DNA of 63,963 nucleotides, counting the filler, from Acidimicrobiia bacterium (lineage in GTDB: Bacteria > Actinomycetota > Acidimicrobiia > Spongiisociales > CAZKJJ01): the NCBI GenBank assembly GCA_046759765.1. It is 3 parts of 3 records of this genome, joined end to end, with 100 filler letters (N's around TTAATTAATTAA, not from the genome) between each part and the next. Parts side by side here need not be neighbours in the genome. Positions count along the whole stretch, not along the records: positions 29,165 to 57,325 come from JBHICV010000017.1; positions 57,426 to 63,963 come from JBHICV010000136.1; 1 more part is not named here. One strand, written 5' to 3'. The translations under genes and the position numbers were made by a program. This document shows, piece after piece, positions 52,004-62,045 of the stretch. Every line of letters starts with the position of its first letter. The stretch's first letter is position 1. Under the pieces are notes generated by a model. That model was given only the letters and a program-made list of their open reading frames with translations, searched no databases and was not told the DNA's origin.

Positions 52004-52570
52004 GTGCCCCGGATCGGAGTGCTGGCTCTCCAGGGAGACTTCCGCGAGCACTCGCGCATGCTCGAGGCGCTGGGCGCGCAGCCACAGATGGTCCGCCGAG
52101 CTGCGGACCTCGACGAGGTCGACGGGCTGATCATCCCCGGCGGTGAGTCGACGACCATCGGACGCCTAGCCCGCCGATACGGACTACTCGAGCCCCTGAG
52201 AGCGCAGATCGTGGCCGGCCTGCCCACGTTCGGCACATGCGCCGGCCTCATCTTCCTGGCCGAGCGACTCACCGAGGGAGACCAGGTTCTGTTGCAGATC
52301 CTGGACGTGACGGTGCAGCGCAACGCCTTTGGAAGACAGAACGAATCCTTCGAGACCCTCTTGTCGGTTGCTGGTCTCGACGACCCGTTCCCCGCCGTCT
52401 TCATCAGAGCACCCTGGGTTGAGAAGGTCGGAGCCGACGTCGAGATCCTGGCCTCCGTAGACGATCATCCCGTGCTAGTCCGGAAGGACCGAGTACTGGC
52501 CTCTTCCTTCCATCCTGAGCTGACGGCTGACGGCCGACTCCATCGCTTGTTCCTGGAGATGACGAGCTGA
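52004..52570 (+). CDS. pdxT: PLP synthase glutaminase subunit
   Basis: GVLALQG, PGGEST, GTCAG, RNAFGRQ, FIRAP, FHPE. Confidence 0.97.
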   Translation: MPRIGVLALQGDFREHSRMLEALGAQPQMVRRAADLDEVDGLIIPGGESTTIGRLARRYGLLEPLRAQIVAGLPTFGTCAGLIFLAERLTEGDQVLLQILDVTVQRNAFGRQNESFETLLSVAGLDDPFPAVFIRAPWVEKVGADVEILASVDDHPVLVRKDRVLASSFHPELTADGRLHRLFLEMTS

Positions 52571-53319
52571 TGTCCGGTCACTCGAAGTGGTCGACGATCA
52601 AGCGCCGGAAAGGAGCCCAGGACGCCCGGCGCGGCAAGCTATTCGCCAAGCTCGTTCGGGGCATCGAAGTAGCGGCGAGGCAAGGTGGAGGCGACCCGGA
52701 GGCCAATCCCGCCTTGGCCACGGCCATCGACAAGGCAAAGAGCAACTCGGTTCCACAGAGCAACATCGAGCGGGCGATCGCTCGGGGAACCGGGGCCGGC
52801 GAAGGTGCCTCCTCCTACGAGGAGATCTGGTACGAGGGATACGCGCCTGGCGGCGTGGCCCTCTACGTCCACGTCCTGACCGACAACCGTAACCGGGCTG
52901 CCTCGGATGTCCGGTCCACATTCACTCGGAACGGTGGAAACCTCGGCGAGCCGGGTTCGGTGGCCTACCTGTTCGAGCAGAAGGGCTATCTGCTGGTCAG
53001 CGGGGACGAGGACGTAGTCATGGAGGCCGCGCTCGACTCGGGCGCCGAAGATCTCCGAAGCACCAACGGGTCTTTCGAGGTGATTACCGATCCGTCTGAG
53101 CTTCAGAACGTTCGGGAGGCAATGGCAACCGCGGGCCTGTCGCTCGACGTGGCCGAGGTTACCCAGCTGCCGAAGACCACCGTGCCGGTCGGAAAGTCCA
53201 ACGCGGGGAAAGTTCTGCGGCTCGTCGACGTGCTCGACGACCTCGACGACGTCCAAGCCGTCTACGCGAACTTCGACATTCCCGACGATGTGATGGAGTC
53301 GGTCCAGGCATCGGCCTAG
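52570..53319 (+). CDS. yebC: YebC/PmpR family protein
   Basis: MSGHSKWSTIK, YEGYAPGG, TDNRNR, DDVQ.VY.N. Confidence 0.95.
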   Translation: MSGHSKWSTIKRRKGAQDARRGKLFAKLVRGIEVAARQGGGDPEANPALATAIDKAKSNSVPQSNIERAIARGTGAGEGASSYEEIWYEGYAPGGVALYVHVLTDNRNRAASDVRSTFTRNGGNLGEPGSVAYLFEQKGYLLVSGDEDVVMEAALDSGAEDLRSTNGSFEVITDPSELQNVREAMATAGLSLDVAEVTQLPKTTVPVGKSNAGKVLRLVDVLDDLDDVQAVYANFDIPDDVMESVQASA

Positions 53320-53356
53320 AGGTAATACGTAGTGGGCGACGGCCCCAGCGTTAGGA

Positions 53357-53372
53357 TCGTACATATGTTCGT
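53357..53372 (+). promoter_or_regulatory. LexA (SOS) box overlapping the ruvC start codon
   Basis: TCGTAC-ATAT-GTTCGT versus actinobacterial TCGAAC-N4-GTTCGA; -10-like TAGGAT at 53352-53357. Confidence 0.75.
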
Positions 53373-53856
53373 TTTGGGGATCGATCCCGGGTTGGCTCGT
53401 ACCGGCTATGGACTCGTAGGGTCCGAGGGCGGCACGGAGCGAGTCGGCGCGGCGGGAGTCGTGCGAACGAACCGTGAGCAGAGCGTCTCCTCCCGACTCC
53501 GGGAGTTGCATACCGATATTCGGGACCTCATTCGCGATTATCAGCCCCACGCGATGGCGATAGAGACGCTATTTGTAAATCAGAACACCCAGACCGCGGC
53601 CAGCGTCGGGCAAGCCTCGGGTGTCGTGATGCTGGCCGCCGCCGAAGAGAACCTGGAGGTCTTCGAGTACACCCCTTCCCAGGTAAAGGCCGCGGTGACC
53701 GGCTACGGGAGCGCTCCGAAGGAACAGGTCGCCAGGATGGTCGCGCGGTTGCTCGGCCTGGAGGATCAGCCGTTCGACGCAGCCGATGCCTTGGCCGTTG
53801 CTCTCTGTCACGTCCAGACTGCCGGCCTGAGAACGGCCTTGGAGCGGTCGACATGA
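53365..53856 (+). CDS. ruvC: Holliday junction resolvase
   Basis: LGIDPG..TGYG, AIE..F, EYTP.QVK.AVTGYG, DAADALAVA. Confidence 0.96.
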   Translation: MFVLGIDPGLARTGYGLVGSEGGTERVGAAGVVRTNREQSVSSRLRELHTDIRDLIRDYQPHAMAIETLFVNQNTQTAASVGQASGVVMLAAAEENLEVFEYTPSQVKAAVTGYGSAPKEQVARMVARLLGLEDQPFDAADALAVALCHVQTAGLRTALERST

Positions 53857-54425
53857 TCGGACGCCTACGCGGCACGTTGGCCTCCGTCCATCCCGATGGC
53901 GTGTTGCTCGATGTCGGAGGAGTCGGATATGACGTGAAGATGACTCCGGCCTCGATGGAGCTGCTCCCAGTGGTGGGGGAGGAGGTGGTCGTCCACACGC
54001 ACCTCCACGTCCGCGAGGACGTCCTTGAGCTGTATGGCTTCTCGAACGAGGGCGACCGGTCCTTGTTCCGCATACTGCTCAGCACATCCGGTGTGGGCCC
54101 GAAGCTGGCCTTGGCCACCTTGGGGACCCTCGGCGGCGACGGCCTTCGCAACGCGATCACGACCGAGGATGTCGAGGCGCTCTGTCTCGTCCCAGGGATT
54201 GGCAAGCGAAGCGCCCAGAAGTTCGTGCTCGAACTTCGTCCGAAGCTGGGCGCCGGTGACGCTGAGCTTCCGGCCGGTCCGGGTTCTATCTCCGAAGTCC
54301 GCGAAGCCCTGGAGGGTTTGGGGTACCAGCCGACGGAGATCAGGGACGTGCTGGCGTCGCTTCCGTCGGAGGAGCCCGCGGAGGGGTTGCTTCGCTTGGC
54401 CTTGCAGGAGCTGGGTCGCAGATGA
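53853..54425 (+). CDS. ruvA: Holliday junction branch migration protein
   Basis: [38 protein letters not shown]. Confidence 0.96.
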   Translation: MIGRLRGTLASVHPDGVLLDVGGVGYDVKMTPASMELLPVVGEEVVVHTHLHVREDVLELYGFSNEGDRSLFRILLSTSGVGPKLALATLGTLGGDGLRNAITTEDVEALCLVPGIGKRSAQKFVLELRPKLGAGDAELPAGPGSISEVREALEGLGYQPTEIRDVLASLPSEEPAEGLLRLALQELGRR

Positions 54426-55459
54426 GGGAAGAGTCCGTCCCGTCATTGCTCACTTCTGATGTCCTTGATGACGAGCTCGAGCTGGAAGCTTCGCTGCGGC
54501 CAAGACGGCTCGACGAGTTTGTCGGACAAAGCAAACTGAAGGAGCGGCTGTCGGTGCTGATCGAAGCGGCGACGGGTCGCAACGAGCCGCTCGACCATGC
54601 CCTCTTCTCGGGTCCTCCCGGCCTCGGCAAGACCACCTTGGCCGGAATCCTTGCCAACGAGATGTCGACACGGCTTCGCCCCACCTCCGGCCCGGCGCTC
54701 GAGAGGCCCGGTGACATCGCAGCCATCCTGACCAACCTGGAGGACGGCGATGTCCTGTTCATCGACGAGATCCACCGGACGCCCCGAGCGGTCGAGGAGG
54801 TCCTCTATCCGGCGATGGAGGACTTCCAGCTGGACATCGTTCTCGGGAAGGGGCCCACTGCCCGCTCCATCCGGCTGGATCTACCTCAATTCACCCTGGC
54901 CGGTGCCACGACCCGGGTGGGGAAGGTCGCGGCTCCGCTGCGGGACCGGTTCGGGTTCGTCGAACGTCTCGACTACTACGAGATCCCGGAGCTCGAAACG
55001 ATCGTCAAGCGCTCGGCCGGAATACTCAGTGCGGAGGCAACCGCCGACGGGGCCGGGATCATCGCCGCCCGTAGCCGAGGCACACCCCGAGTAGCCAACC
55101 GTTTACTGCGAAGGGTCCGCGACTTCGCCGAGGCCCGCGGCGAGGGGATCGTTGATGCGACCACGGCCGAGCGCGCCCTGGCGCTGTTCGAGGTCGACGA
55201 ACTGGGCCTCGACAAGGTGGACCGCGCCATTCTCGAGGCAGTTGTCAGCAAGTTCGACGGGGGACCGGTCGGGCTATCGACGCTGGCTATAGCGGTCGGG
55301 GAGGAGCCCGAGACTGTCGAGGACGCATACGAGCCGTTTCTCCTTCAGCAGGGTCTTCTCAAGAGAACCCCTCGAGGCCGAGTGGCCACCGCGTCGGCCT
55401 ACGATCACCTCGGGGTGGCTGCTCCCGTAGGGGACGGCTCGCAACAGCCTTTGCTGTAG
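54422..55459 (+). CDS. ruvB: Holliday junction branch migration helicase
   Basis: [43 protein letters not shown]. Confidence 0.98.
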   Translation: MREESVPSLLTSDVLDDELELEASLRPRRLDEFVGQSKLKERLSVLIEAATGRNEPLDHALFSGPPGLGKTTLAGILANEMSTRLRPTSGPALERPGDIAAILTNLEDGDVLFIDEIHRTPRAVEEVLYPAMEDFQLDIVLGKGPTARSIRLDLPQFTLAGATTRVGKVAAPLRDRFGFVERLDYYEIPELETIVKRSAGILSAEATADGAGIIAARSRGTPRVANRLLRRVRDFAEARGEGIVDATTAERALALFEVDELGLDKVDRAILEAVVSKFDGGPVGLSTLAIAVGEEPETVEDAYEPFLLQQGLLKRTPRGRVATASAYDHLGVAAPVGDGSQQPLL

Positions 55460-55479
55460 ATCGTCGCTACGTTCTCCGT

Positions 55480-56496
55480 GTGAAGACGGACGGCTTTCGC
55501 TATCAGCTGCCTGAGGGTGCAATTGCGCAGCAACCGATCGAGCCCAGGGACGCAGCCCGGCTGCTCGACACCCGAGATCTGAGTGACCGGCGCTTCTCGG
55601 ACCTGCCCAACCTCCTACAACCGAGTGATCTCCTTGTCATCAACACGTCACGTGTGCGCGCGGCTCGTCTGCTAGGCACGAAGGTCGGAACAGGAGGCGC
55701 AGTCGAGCTGCTTCTCCTCTCCGATCTCGGGGACGGACGGTGGAGCGCTCTGGCCAAGCCCGCACGGCGTCTTCGGGAGGGCGTCGCGATCGACTTAGGC
55801 AACCTGCAAGCCGTCATAGAGCAGGGTCCGAGAGACGGGAAAGTGGTGGCCGCTCTCTCTTCCCGCACGGGGTCGGTCGAGGAAGCAATAGAGGGCGTTG
55901 GGAGGCTGCCCCTGCCGCCGTACATACGAAGCGAACTATCGGACCCGGAGAGGTATCAAACGGTCTACAGCGACAAAGTTGGGTCGGCGGCGGCGCCGAC
56001 TGCGGGTCTGCACTTCACGCCGGGGCTGCTCGACGGGCTGGCGGACAGGGGAGTTTCGGTGGCGCACATTGATCTCGAGGTGGGGCTGGACTCTTTCCGA
56101 CCGATTGCGAGCTCTCGGATCGAGGACCACGCCCTGCACGCAGAGCGGTACAGAGTCCCGGCAGAGACCGCAGCCTCGATCTCCGAGACGCGCAGGCACC
56201 AGGGGCGGGTCGTGGCGGTGGGAACAACTGTCGTCAGAGCGCTCGAGACGCAAGCTCGCCGCGGTGGCGACGTCGAGCCGGGTGCGGGAAACACGTCCCT
56301 CTTCATCAAACCCGGCTACGAGTTCCGGGTCGTGGACGCGCTGGTCACCAACTTCCACCTCCCGGCCTCGACGCTCATAGTCCTAGTGGCGGCGTTCATG
56401 GGAGAGCCCTGGCGCAAAGCCTACGAAGTGGCGCTTGATCGCGGATATCGGTTTCTGTCTTTTGGGGACGCCATGTACGCCGAGCGAGCGTCATGA
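55480..56496 (+). CDS. queA: S-adenosylmethionine:tRNA ribosyltransferase-isomerase
   Basis: IAQ.P, PLPPYI, YQTVY, AAPTAGLHF, AVGTT..RALE, TNFHLP, YRFLSFGDAM. Confidence 0.96.
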   Translation: MKTDGFRYQLPEGAIAQQPIEPRDAARLLDTRDLSDRRFSDLPNLLQPSDLLVINTSRVRAARLLGTKVGTGGAVELLLLSDLGDGRWSALAKPARRLREGVAIDLGNLQAVIEQGPRDGKVVAALSSRTGSVEEAIEGVGRLPLPPYIRSELSDPERYQTVYSDKVGSAAAPTAGLHFTPGLLDGLADRGVSVAHIDLEVGLDSFRPIASSRIEDHALHAERYRVPAETAASISETRRHQGRVVAVGTTVVRALETQARRGGDVEPGAGNTSLFIKPGYEFRVVDALVTNFHLPASTLIVLVAAFMGEPWRKAYEVALDRGYRFLSFGDAMYAERAS

Positions 56497-57325
56497 CACC
56501 GGTCTCTTTCGAGGAACAGGCGCGTAACGGCTCCGCCCGGACGGGAATGCTCTCTACTCCGCATGGAGCGGTACCAACGCCCGCATTCATGCCGGTCGGG
56601 ACACAAGGCGCCGTCAAGGCGGTCGACAGCCGCGACCTCAGAGACGTCGGCGCCGACATAGTTCTCGCCAATACCTACCACTTGATGCTCCGACCCGGCT
56701 CCGACCGTGTCGCGAATCTGGGCGGACTCCACGACTTCATGGCGTGGAATGGACCGATCCTGACCGACTCGGGTGGCTTCCAGGTGTTTTCCCTCGATCC
56801 GGCCATCACCGAGGAGGGAGCCGAGTTCAAGTCGACTTACGACGGCTCAGTGGTACACCTAACGCCCGAGGACGCGGCTCGACACCAGGAACGGCTGGGA
56901 TCCGACATCGCCATGGCGCTCGATGTTTGCGTCGGGCTTCCGGCCCCGCGGGGCGTCGTGTCCGAGGCAATGCATCGGACGCTGCGGTGGACGGAGCGGT
57001 TTCTCGACGCTCACCAGCGGTCAGACCAGGCCGTCTTTGGGATCGTGCAAGGTGGTGTCGACGTCGAAATGCGGGAAGAGAGCGCGAGAGGAACCGGCGC
57101 CTTCCCGGTGGATGGTTTCGGCATCGGAGGCCTGTCGGTGGGCGAAACTACGGCCGAGCGACGAGCTGCGCTCAAAGTTGTGATTCCCGAGCTCCCGCCG
57201 GACCGGATGCGCTATGTGATGGGCGTGGGCGACCCCACTGGAGTCCTCGAGGCCGTCGCGCTGGGGGCAGACCTCTTCGACTGTGTGTGGCCCACGCGGC
57301 TGGCACGCCACGGGAAGGTGCTGAC
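56493..57325 (+). CDS. tgt: tRNA-guanine transglycosylase (3' end lost at the gap)
   Basis: TPAFMPVGT, NTYHL, LTDSGGFQV, FGIVQGG, GGLSVGE, DLFDCV.PTR. Confidence 0.95.
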
Positions 57326-57425
57326 NNNNNNNNNNNNNNNNNNNNNNNNNNNNNNNNNNNNNNNNNNNNTTAATTAATTAANNNNNNNNNNNNNNNNNNN
57401 NNNNNNNNNNNNNNNNNNNNNNNNN
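57326..57425. other. Artificial contig-joining linker
   Basis: 100 nt of N with a central TTAATTAATTAA. Confidence 0.97.
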
Positions 57426-57472
57426 GTTCGGGAGTTCGACGAGACCTGCGGCCTTTCCCTATGGCCCGTCTA

Positions 57473-57581
57473 GTTCTTGTGTCGTTCGAAGACCGTATAG
57501 GTAGCTGAACGTCACACGAATCGCGGGCCCCCGTTCCTGTGTCGTCTCAAGACCGCATAGGTAGCTGAACGTCACAAGAAC
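57473..57581. repeat. Two ~48-bp direct repeats (period 60), each with terminal inverted arms
   Basis: GTTC(T/C)TGTGTCGT...AAGACCG(T/C)ATAGGTAGCTGAACGTCAC(AC/AA)GAA at 57473 and 57533. Confidence 0.85.
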
Positions 57582-57594
57582 GGGACGGCTCACC

Positions 57595-58230
57595 TCAGCT
57601 GGGCTCAGCCGGTTTCTTCTCGACCGAGAATCCCGTTTTGGCGAGCAGACGAAGAAGCGCGGGTGCCGGGTCCTTGAACTGAGCAGGTCGAAGGACATCG
57701 TCGAAGTCCTCCATATAGGAGACCATCGTCCGGAAGACATGAGTCAGTGAGATCGCATGGAGGGTGTTGCGAGGTGTCCTCCCGAAAGCCACCAGCCGGG
57801 TTCTGATCGTGCCGTCACCGCGAGTAGGGACGATCGAGACTCCGTCGTCCTGTAGATCCGAGACGACCTGCGAAAGAGGCTCTGCGTATATCCACTTAAG
57901 CCGTTGCAGAACGGTGTGCAGCACTTCGTGGTTTCTCAGGGCGGGGTTGAACACTGCGTCCCCCTCTTTGACCTCCCCGATGATCACATCCACGCAGTCC
58001 GGTATCAGCATCAAGGTCTCGTCTTCGATGAGCAAAAGCCGACCCTCGGGTGGCTCGTCGTGCCAGTCGGCGGCGTAGATCGGGCCTGGGAACCGAAGCC
58101 CAACAACGTCTACGTCAGTGGCGGTTTCAAACGACCCGTCGTCTAGGCGTCGCTGCACCTCGAACTCGCTGAGCGTGAGGTAGCCGTTGATACGGAGATA
58201 CGACTCAATGAGGTTGACGGATATGTCCAT
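57595..58230 (-). CDS. Hypothetical protein, possible PD-(D/E)XK nuclease fold
   Basis: MDISVNLIESYLRINGY..., TDVDVVGLR, IIGEVKEG. Confidence 0.65.
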   Translation of the reverse strand: MDISVNLIESYLRINGYLTLSEFEVQRRLDDGSFETATDVDVVGLRFPGPIYAADWHDEPPEGRLLLIEDETLMLIPDCVDVIIGEVKEGDAVFNPALRNHEVLHTVLQRLKWIYAEPLSQVVSDLQDDGVSIVPTRGDGTIRTRLVAFGRTPRNTLHAISLTHVFRTMVSYMEDFDDVLRPAQFKDPAPALLRLLAKTGFSVEKKPAEPS

Positions 58231-58276
58231 TTCTTCATTCTCGTCAACGCGAAGAGGCAAGCTAGCGTTCCGGCCG

Positions 58277-59239
58277 ATGTCCTGGGAGCCCGGCCGGCAC
58301 TTCGGAAATCGCGCCACATTCGCCGGTGTGCCGAAAGTAGAGCCTGACAATCTGGGCGAGCCCGAAGTTGTGATCATCGGCGCGCCGTTCGACTGGGGGA
58401 CCACTTTTCGACCCGGAGCGCGTTTCGGCCCGAGGGCAATTCGAAACGCTGACTATCTGTCGCCCGACGGCAGCCGCCCTCACCTTCCTACCGGGATCGA
58501 CCCCCTGGAAGTATTAGGGGTTGTCGATGCGGGAGACGTCGGAGTCATCCCGGGTTACCTCGATCCGAGCATGAAGGAGATCGCCAAGGCGGTCAAGGCT
58601 ATTAGCCGGGCGGGAGCGGTCCCGATCGTCCTGGGAGGCGATCACACGATCACGTTCCCCAACGCCACCGGCGTGGCGACCACACACGGTTTCGGCAACG
58701 TTGCTCTCGTCCATTTCGATGCCCACGCCGACACCGGCGAAGACCACTGGGGGATGCTGCACGGCCACGGCACGCCAATGCGCCGCCTGATCGAGTCGGG
58801 AGCCGTGCCGGGAAACCGGTTCGTGCAGATCGGTCTCCGTGGCTATTGGCCTTCGCCTGAAGTCGTGGAGTGGATGCGGGCACAGGAAATGAGGTCATAT
58901 CTGATGGAGGACATAGCTCGCCGCGGCCTGGACACCATCGTCGACGAGGCGGTCGCACACTCCTCGGAGGGAGCGGCCGGCGTGTTCTTGTCGATCGACA
59001 TCGACGTGGTGGATCCCGGTATGGCCCCGGGAACTGGTACGCCTGAACCAGGCGGCCTCACTTCTCGCCAGCTGCTCGACACGGTGCGCCGCGTGGCAAG
59101 AGAGACCGTCGTGTTGGGGGCCGACGTAGTCGAGGTGAGCCCGCCGTATGACGACCCAGGAGAGATCACAGCCTTTCTGGCCAACCGGGTAGTGCTGGAG
59201 ATCCTCAACGGGATGGCAGAACGGAAGGTCGCGGCCTGA
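58277..59239 (+). CDS. speB: Agmatinase / ureohydrolase
   Basis: RPGARFGP..IR, LGGDHTI, HFDAHADT, HGTP, SIDIDVVDP..APGTGTPEPGG. Confidence 0.9.
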   Translation: MSWEPGRHFGNRATFAGVPKVEPDNLGEPEVVIIGAPFDWGTTFRPGARFGPRAIRNADYLSPDGSRPHLPTGIDPLEVLGVVDAGDVGVIPGYLDPSMKEIAKAVKAISRAGAVPIVLGGDHTITFPNATGVATTHGFGNVALVHFDAHADTGEDHWGMLHGHGTPMRRLIESGAVPGNRFVQIGLRGYWPSPEVVEWMRAQEMRSYLMEDIARRGLDTIVDEAVAHSSEGAAGVFLSIDIDVVDPGMAPGTGTPEPGGLTSRQLLDTVRRVARETVVLGADVVEVSPPYDDPGEITAFLANRVVLEILNGMAERKVAA

Positions 59240-60246
59240 ATCCGGCTATCGAAACCACCCAGCTCGGGCGGATCTTCAAGGCTCGCCGCGGCACGAAGGA
59301 GGTGGTTGCCCTCCGGGAGGTGAACCTCACCGTGCCTCAGGGTGAGTTCTTCGGCCTGCTGGGACCGAATGGGGCCGGCAAAACGACCCTGATCAAGATT
59401 CTCACCACCCTCCTTTTACCTTCAGAAGGGACTGCGAAGGTGCTCGGGTTCGATGTCGCCACCGAGTTCACGAATTTGCGTTGGCACATCTCAATGGTCT
59501 CGGGGGGCGAGACATCAGGCTACGGGCTGCTGACAGTGCGAGAGCAACTGTGGATGTTCAGCCAGTTCCACGGTCTAGCCACGAAAGTGGCCAGGGACCG
59601 AATCGACGAGCTGCTCGACGTCGTTGGGCTCGCCGAATGGGCGGACACGAGGATCTACAACCTCTCTACCGGGATGCGGCAGAAGATGAATCTCGCGCGG
59701 GGCCTCATATCGGATCCAAAGGTGTTCTTCCTGGACGAGCCGACGCTCGGTCTCGATGTGGAGATTGCCCGCGACGTCCGCGCCTACTTGCTCCGGTGGA
59801 TGGCCGAGGGTGAGGGCGACAGAACCATCCTCCTCACCACTCATTACATGGCGGAGGCAGACGATCTGTGCGATCGCATTGCGATCATCGACCAGGGCAG
59901 GATCGTTCGCTTGGGGACGGGAGCCGACCTCAAACGGCAGGCCGAGTTCAAGGAGCGCTATCGACTGGAGTTCGACGGGGAAGGGGAGGTGGCTGAGCTT
60001 TTCCGGTTCGGATCCGTTGAGATCCTCGCTTCCGCGGACGGAGAGACCGCCGTCGTCACTCTCGACGAGGCTGCAGCCGGTCCGGAGCTGATCAGGGCAG
60101 CGGCAGCTCTGCCGCGGCTCCGATCCTTTACGCGCGAAGAGCCCAGCTTGGAGGATGCCTTCGTGGCCTTGACTGGGCGCGCCTTCGAAGAAGCGTCTGA
60201 GCCGGGGGAGGCAGCGACCTCGCCTGCCGATCTTCCTGAGCGATGA
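59236..60246 (+). CDS. ABC-2 exporter ATP-binding protein
   Basis: GPNGAGKTT, LSTGMRQK, FLDEPT, TTHYM; the frame extends to a CTG at 59236 (alternative GTG at 59302). Confidence 0.9.
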   Translation: MNPAIETTQLGRIFKARRGTKEVVALREVNLTVPQGEFFGLLGPNGAGKTTLIKILTTLLLPSEGTAKVLGFDVATEFTNLRWHISMVSGGETSGYGLLTVREQLWMFSQFHGLATKVARDRIDELLDVVGLAEWADTRIYNLSTGMRQKMNLARGLISDPKVFFLDEPTLGLDVEIARDVRAYLLRWMAEGEGDRTILLTTHYMAEADDLCDRIAIIDQGRIVRLGTGADLKRQAEFKERYRLEFDGEGEVAELFRFGSVEILASADGETAVVTLDEAAAGPELIRAAAALPRLRSFTREEPSLEDAFVALTGRAFEEASEPGEAATSPADLPER

Positions 60247-61064
60247 GCCGGCCATCAGCACTCGAGCACTTCGGGCGCACGGTTATTGCTCGGGCCTATC
60301 CACGCGTTGTCGGGGCTAACCGCGAGCCATCGTGGGTCTTCTTCGAGATCGTTCTTCCTCTGCTCGGGGCCATCGCCCTGGTTCTGGTCTATCGGTCGCT
60401 GGGCGCGCCCAGCGAGTTCGAGGGGTTCGTGATCATCGGCGCCGCGATGACCGCGTTCTGGCTCAACACGATCTGGAACATGGCGACACAGCTCCGATGG
60501 GAAAAAGAGGGAGGGAACCTCGAGATCTACCTCGCCTCCCCCACTCACATCATGTATGTGCTGACGGGGATGGCTCTCGGCGGGAGCTTCTCGACGACCC
60601 TACGAGCGATCGCCGTGGTGGCGCTGGGCGCGCTCGCGTTCTCGGTCCCGTTCCAGTGGTCCAACCTGCCCGCGGCGATGCTCGTTCTGGCCGTGACGAT
60701 CACTTCGCTGTATGGCGTGGGGATGGCCCTGTCGTCACTCTTTCTCAAGTTTGGTCGTGACGCCGAGCAGGGAATCTCCACGCTGGCCGAACCGGTCTAT
60801 CTCTTCACCGGGGCCTATTTCCCCGTGCGAGCGCTCGGGCTGGGCCTGGCGATCGGCGGCAGTCTGATTCCCATGACGCTCGGCATGGATGCCTTGCGCC
60901 AGCTGCTGCTCCCGGGTGAAACGCTGGAGCTGATGAGCTGGCAAGCAGAGGTAGTCCTGCTCGCTGTCTACACCGTCTTCATCTTTCTGGTGGCCAGGTG
61001 GGCCCTGGCCCGAATGGAGCAGTCGGCCAAGCGTGACGGGAGGCTCACTCTCCGATGGCAGTAA
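60243..61064 (+). CDS. ABC-2 type permease
   Basis: About 6 TMs, WEKEGGNLE.YL.SP, GAYFPV..L, P.T.G.DA.R. Confidence 0.88.
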   Translation: MSRPSALEHFGRTVIARAYPRVVGANREPSWVFFEIVLPLLGAIALVLVYRSLGAPSEFEGFVIIGAAMTAFWLNTIWNMATQLRWEKEGGNLEIYLASPTHIMYVLTGMALGGSFSTTLRAIAVVALGALAFSVPFQWSNLPAAMLVLAVTITSLYGVGMALSSLFLKFGRDAEQGISTLAEPVYLFTGAYFPVRALGLGLAIGGSLIPMTLGMDALRQLLLPGETLELMSWQAEVVLLAVYTVFIFLVARWALARMEQSAKRDGRLTLRWQ

Positions 61065-61897
61065 GGCTGGAAGCACTCCGCCGCGGCTTGGTGAGCGCGT
61101 TTCGGGTCGGCTGGGCCGTAGAGACCAACTGGGCCAGCCCTATCGTCAACTTCTTCTTTCAGCTCCTGCGACCGCTGGGGGCCGCCTTCATCCTGGTCTT
61201 CATCTATCAGGTAGTAGTCGATGAGCCCATCGCCGGAGCCCTGGAGTGGCTTGTCATCGGAGCCGCGATGTGGTCTTACGTGATGAGCGCGCTGCAGGGG
61301 ATCTCCTTCGCCGTGATCCAGGAGCGCGAGTGGATGCGCGTACTCAAGTATGTGGTAATCACGCCGCTTCCGTTCTCCGCCTATCTCTTGGGCCGGACGG
61401 CGACCTGGGTGGTTTGGGGCACTCTCCGAGCGGCCGCCGTGCTCCTCGTGACCACCTTGGTTCTGGACTTGGATTTGACCCTCGCGGGCATCAATGGGAC
61501 GGCGTTGGCAGTGGCGATGCTTATCGGGCTGATCGGTCTGCTCGGTATCGGGATGACGCTGGCCGGAGTAGCACTGGGAGTCGCACGCCACCCATTCGGG
61601 GTGGGCGAGGGGACGATAGGGGTCTTGTACTTGCTATCCGGTGCGATCTTTCCCCCTTCGCTATTGCCCTCATTCATTCAGCCGATCTCGTATGCGCTGC
61701 CGCTCACTTACTGGCTCGAGGCGGTACGCCAAGCCATGCTGCCAGGCTACGAGACCTCGGCGATCGGGATCTCGGATCCTTGGGCACCTCTGGTCATCAC
61801 AACGGTTGCGTGGCTGATCGCCGGAGCTGGCATCTTCTGGTTCTACAACTATCGGGCTCGATCGGAGGGCCGATACGACCGGACCACCGAGTATTGA
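61055..61897 (+). CDS. ABC-2 type permease
   Basis: About 6 TMs, ERE...LKY, GAIFP...LP, LPLTYWLEA.R. Confidence 0.88.
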   Translation: MAVRLEALRRGLVSAFRVGWAVETNWASPIVNFFFQLLRPLGAAFILVFIYQVVVDEPIAGALEWLVIGAAMWSYVMSALQGISFAVIQEREWMRVLKYVVITPLPFSAYLLGRTATWVVWGTLRAAAVLLVTTLVLDLDLTLAGINGTALAVAMLIGLIGLLGIGMTLAGVALGVARHPFGVGEGTIGVLYLLSGAIFPPSLLPSFIQPISYALPLTYWLEAVRQAMLPGYETSAIGISDPWAPLVITTVAWLIAGAGIFWFYNYRARSEGRYDRTTEY

Positions 61898-61900
61898 GAG

Positions 61901-62045
61901 TTACTTTGCTCGGGCGCGCTCGTAATAGTGGATGAAGTCGTCTACGGGCGTGGAGGCAATCGTCGTACCTATCAGGTCGAGGGGTAGGTCGTCGAGCTTC
62001 CGGAACATGACACACGACTTGCCCATGTCGAGCCGTTTGCCCGTT
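61901..62045 (-). pseudogene. 3' remnant of a DUF1801 (YdhG-like) gene
   Basis: GKRLDMGKSCVMFRKLDDLPLDLIG..IASTPVDDFI..YE matches the typical C-terminus; there is no start or N-terminal domain before the upstream gene's stop at 62064. Confidence 0.65.

Noticed and set aside
52516..52540. gagctgacggctgacggccgac resembling the heptamer repeat
   Set aside because: Lies inside pdxT, encoding the conserved PELTADGR region; probably coincidental.
57473..57581. Possible CRISPR array
   Set aside because: Only two units, about 48 bp long with a ~12-bp spacer, and no cas genes in the window.
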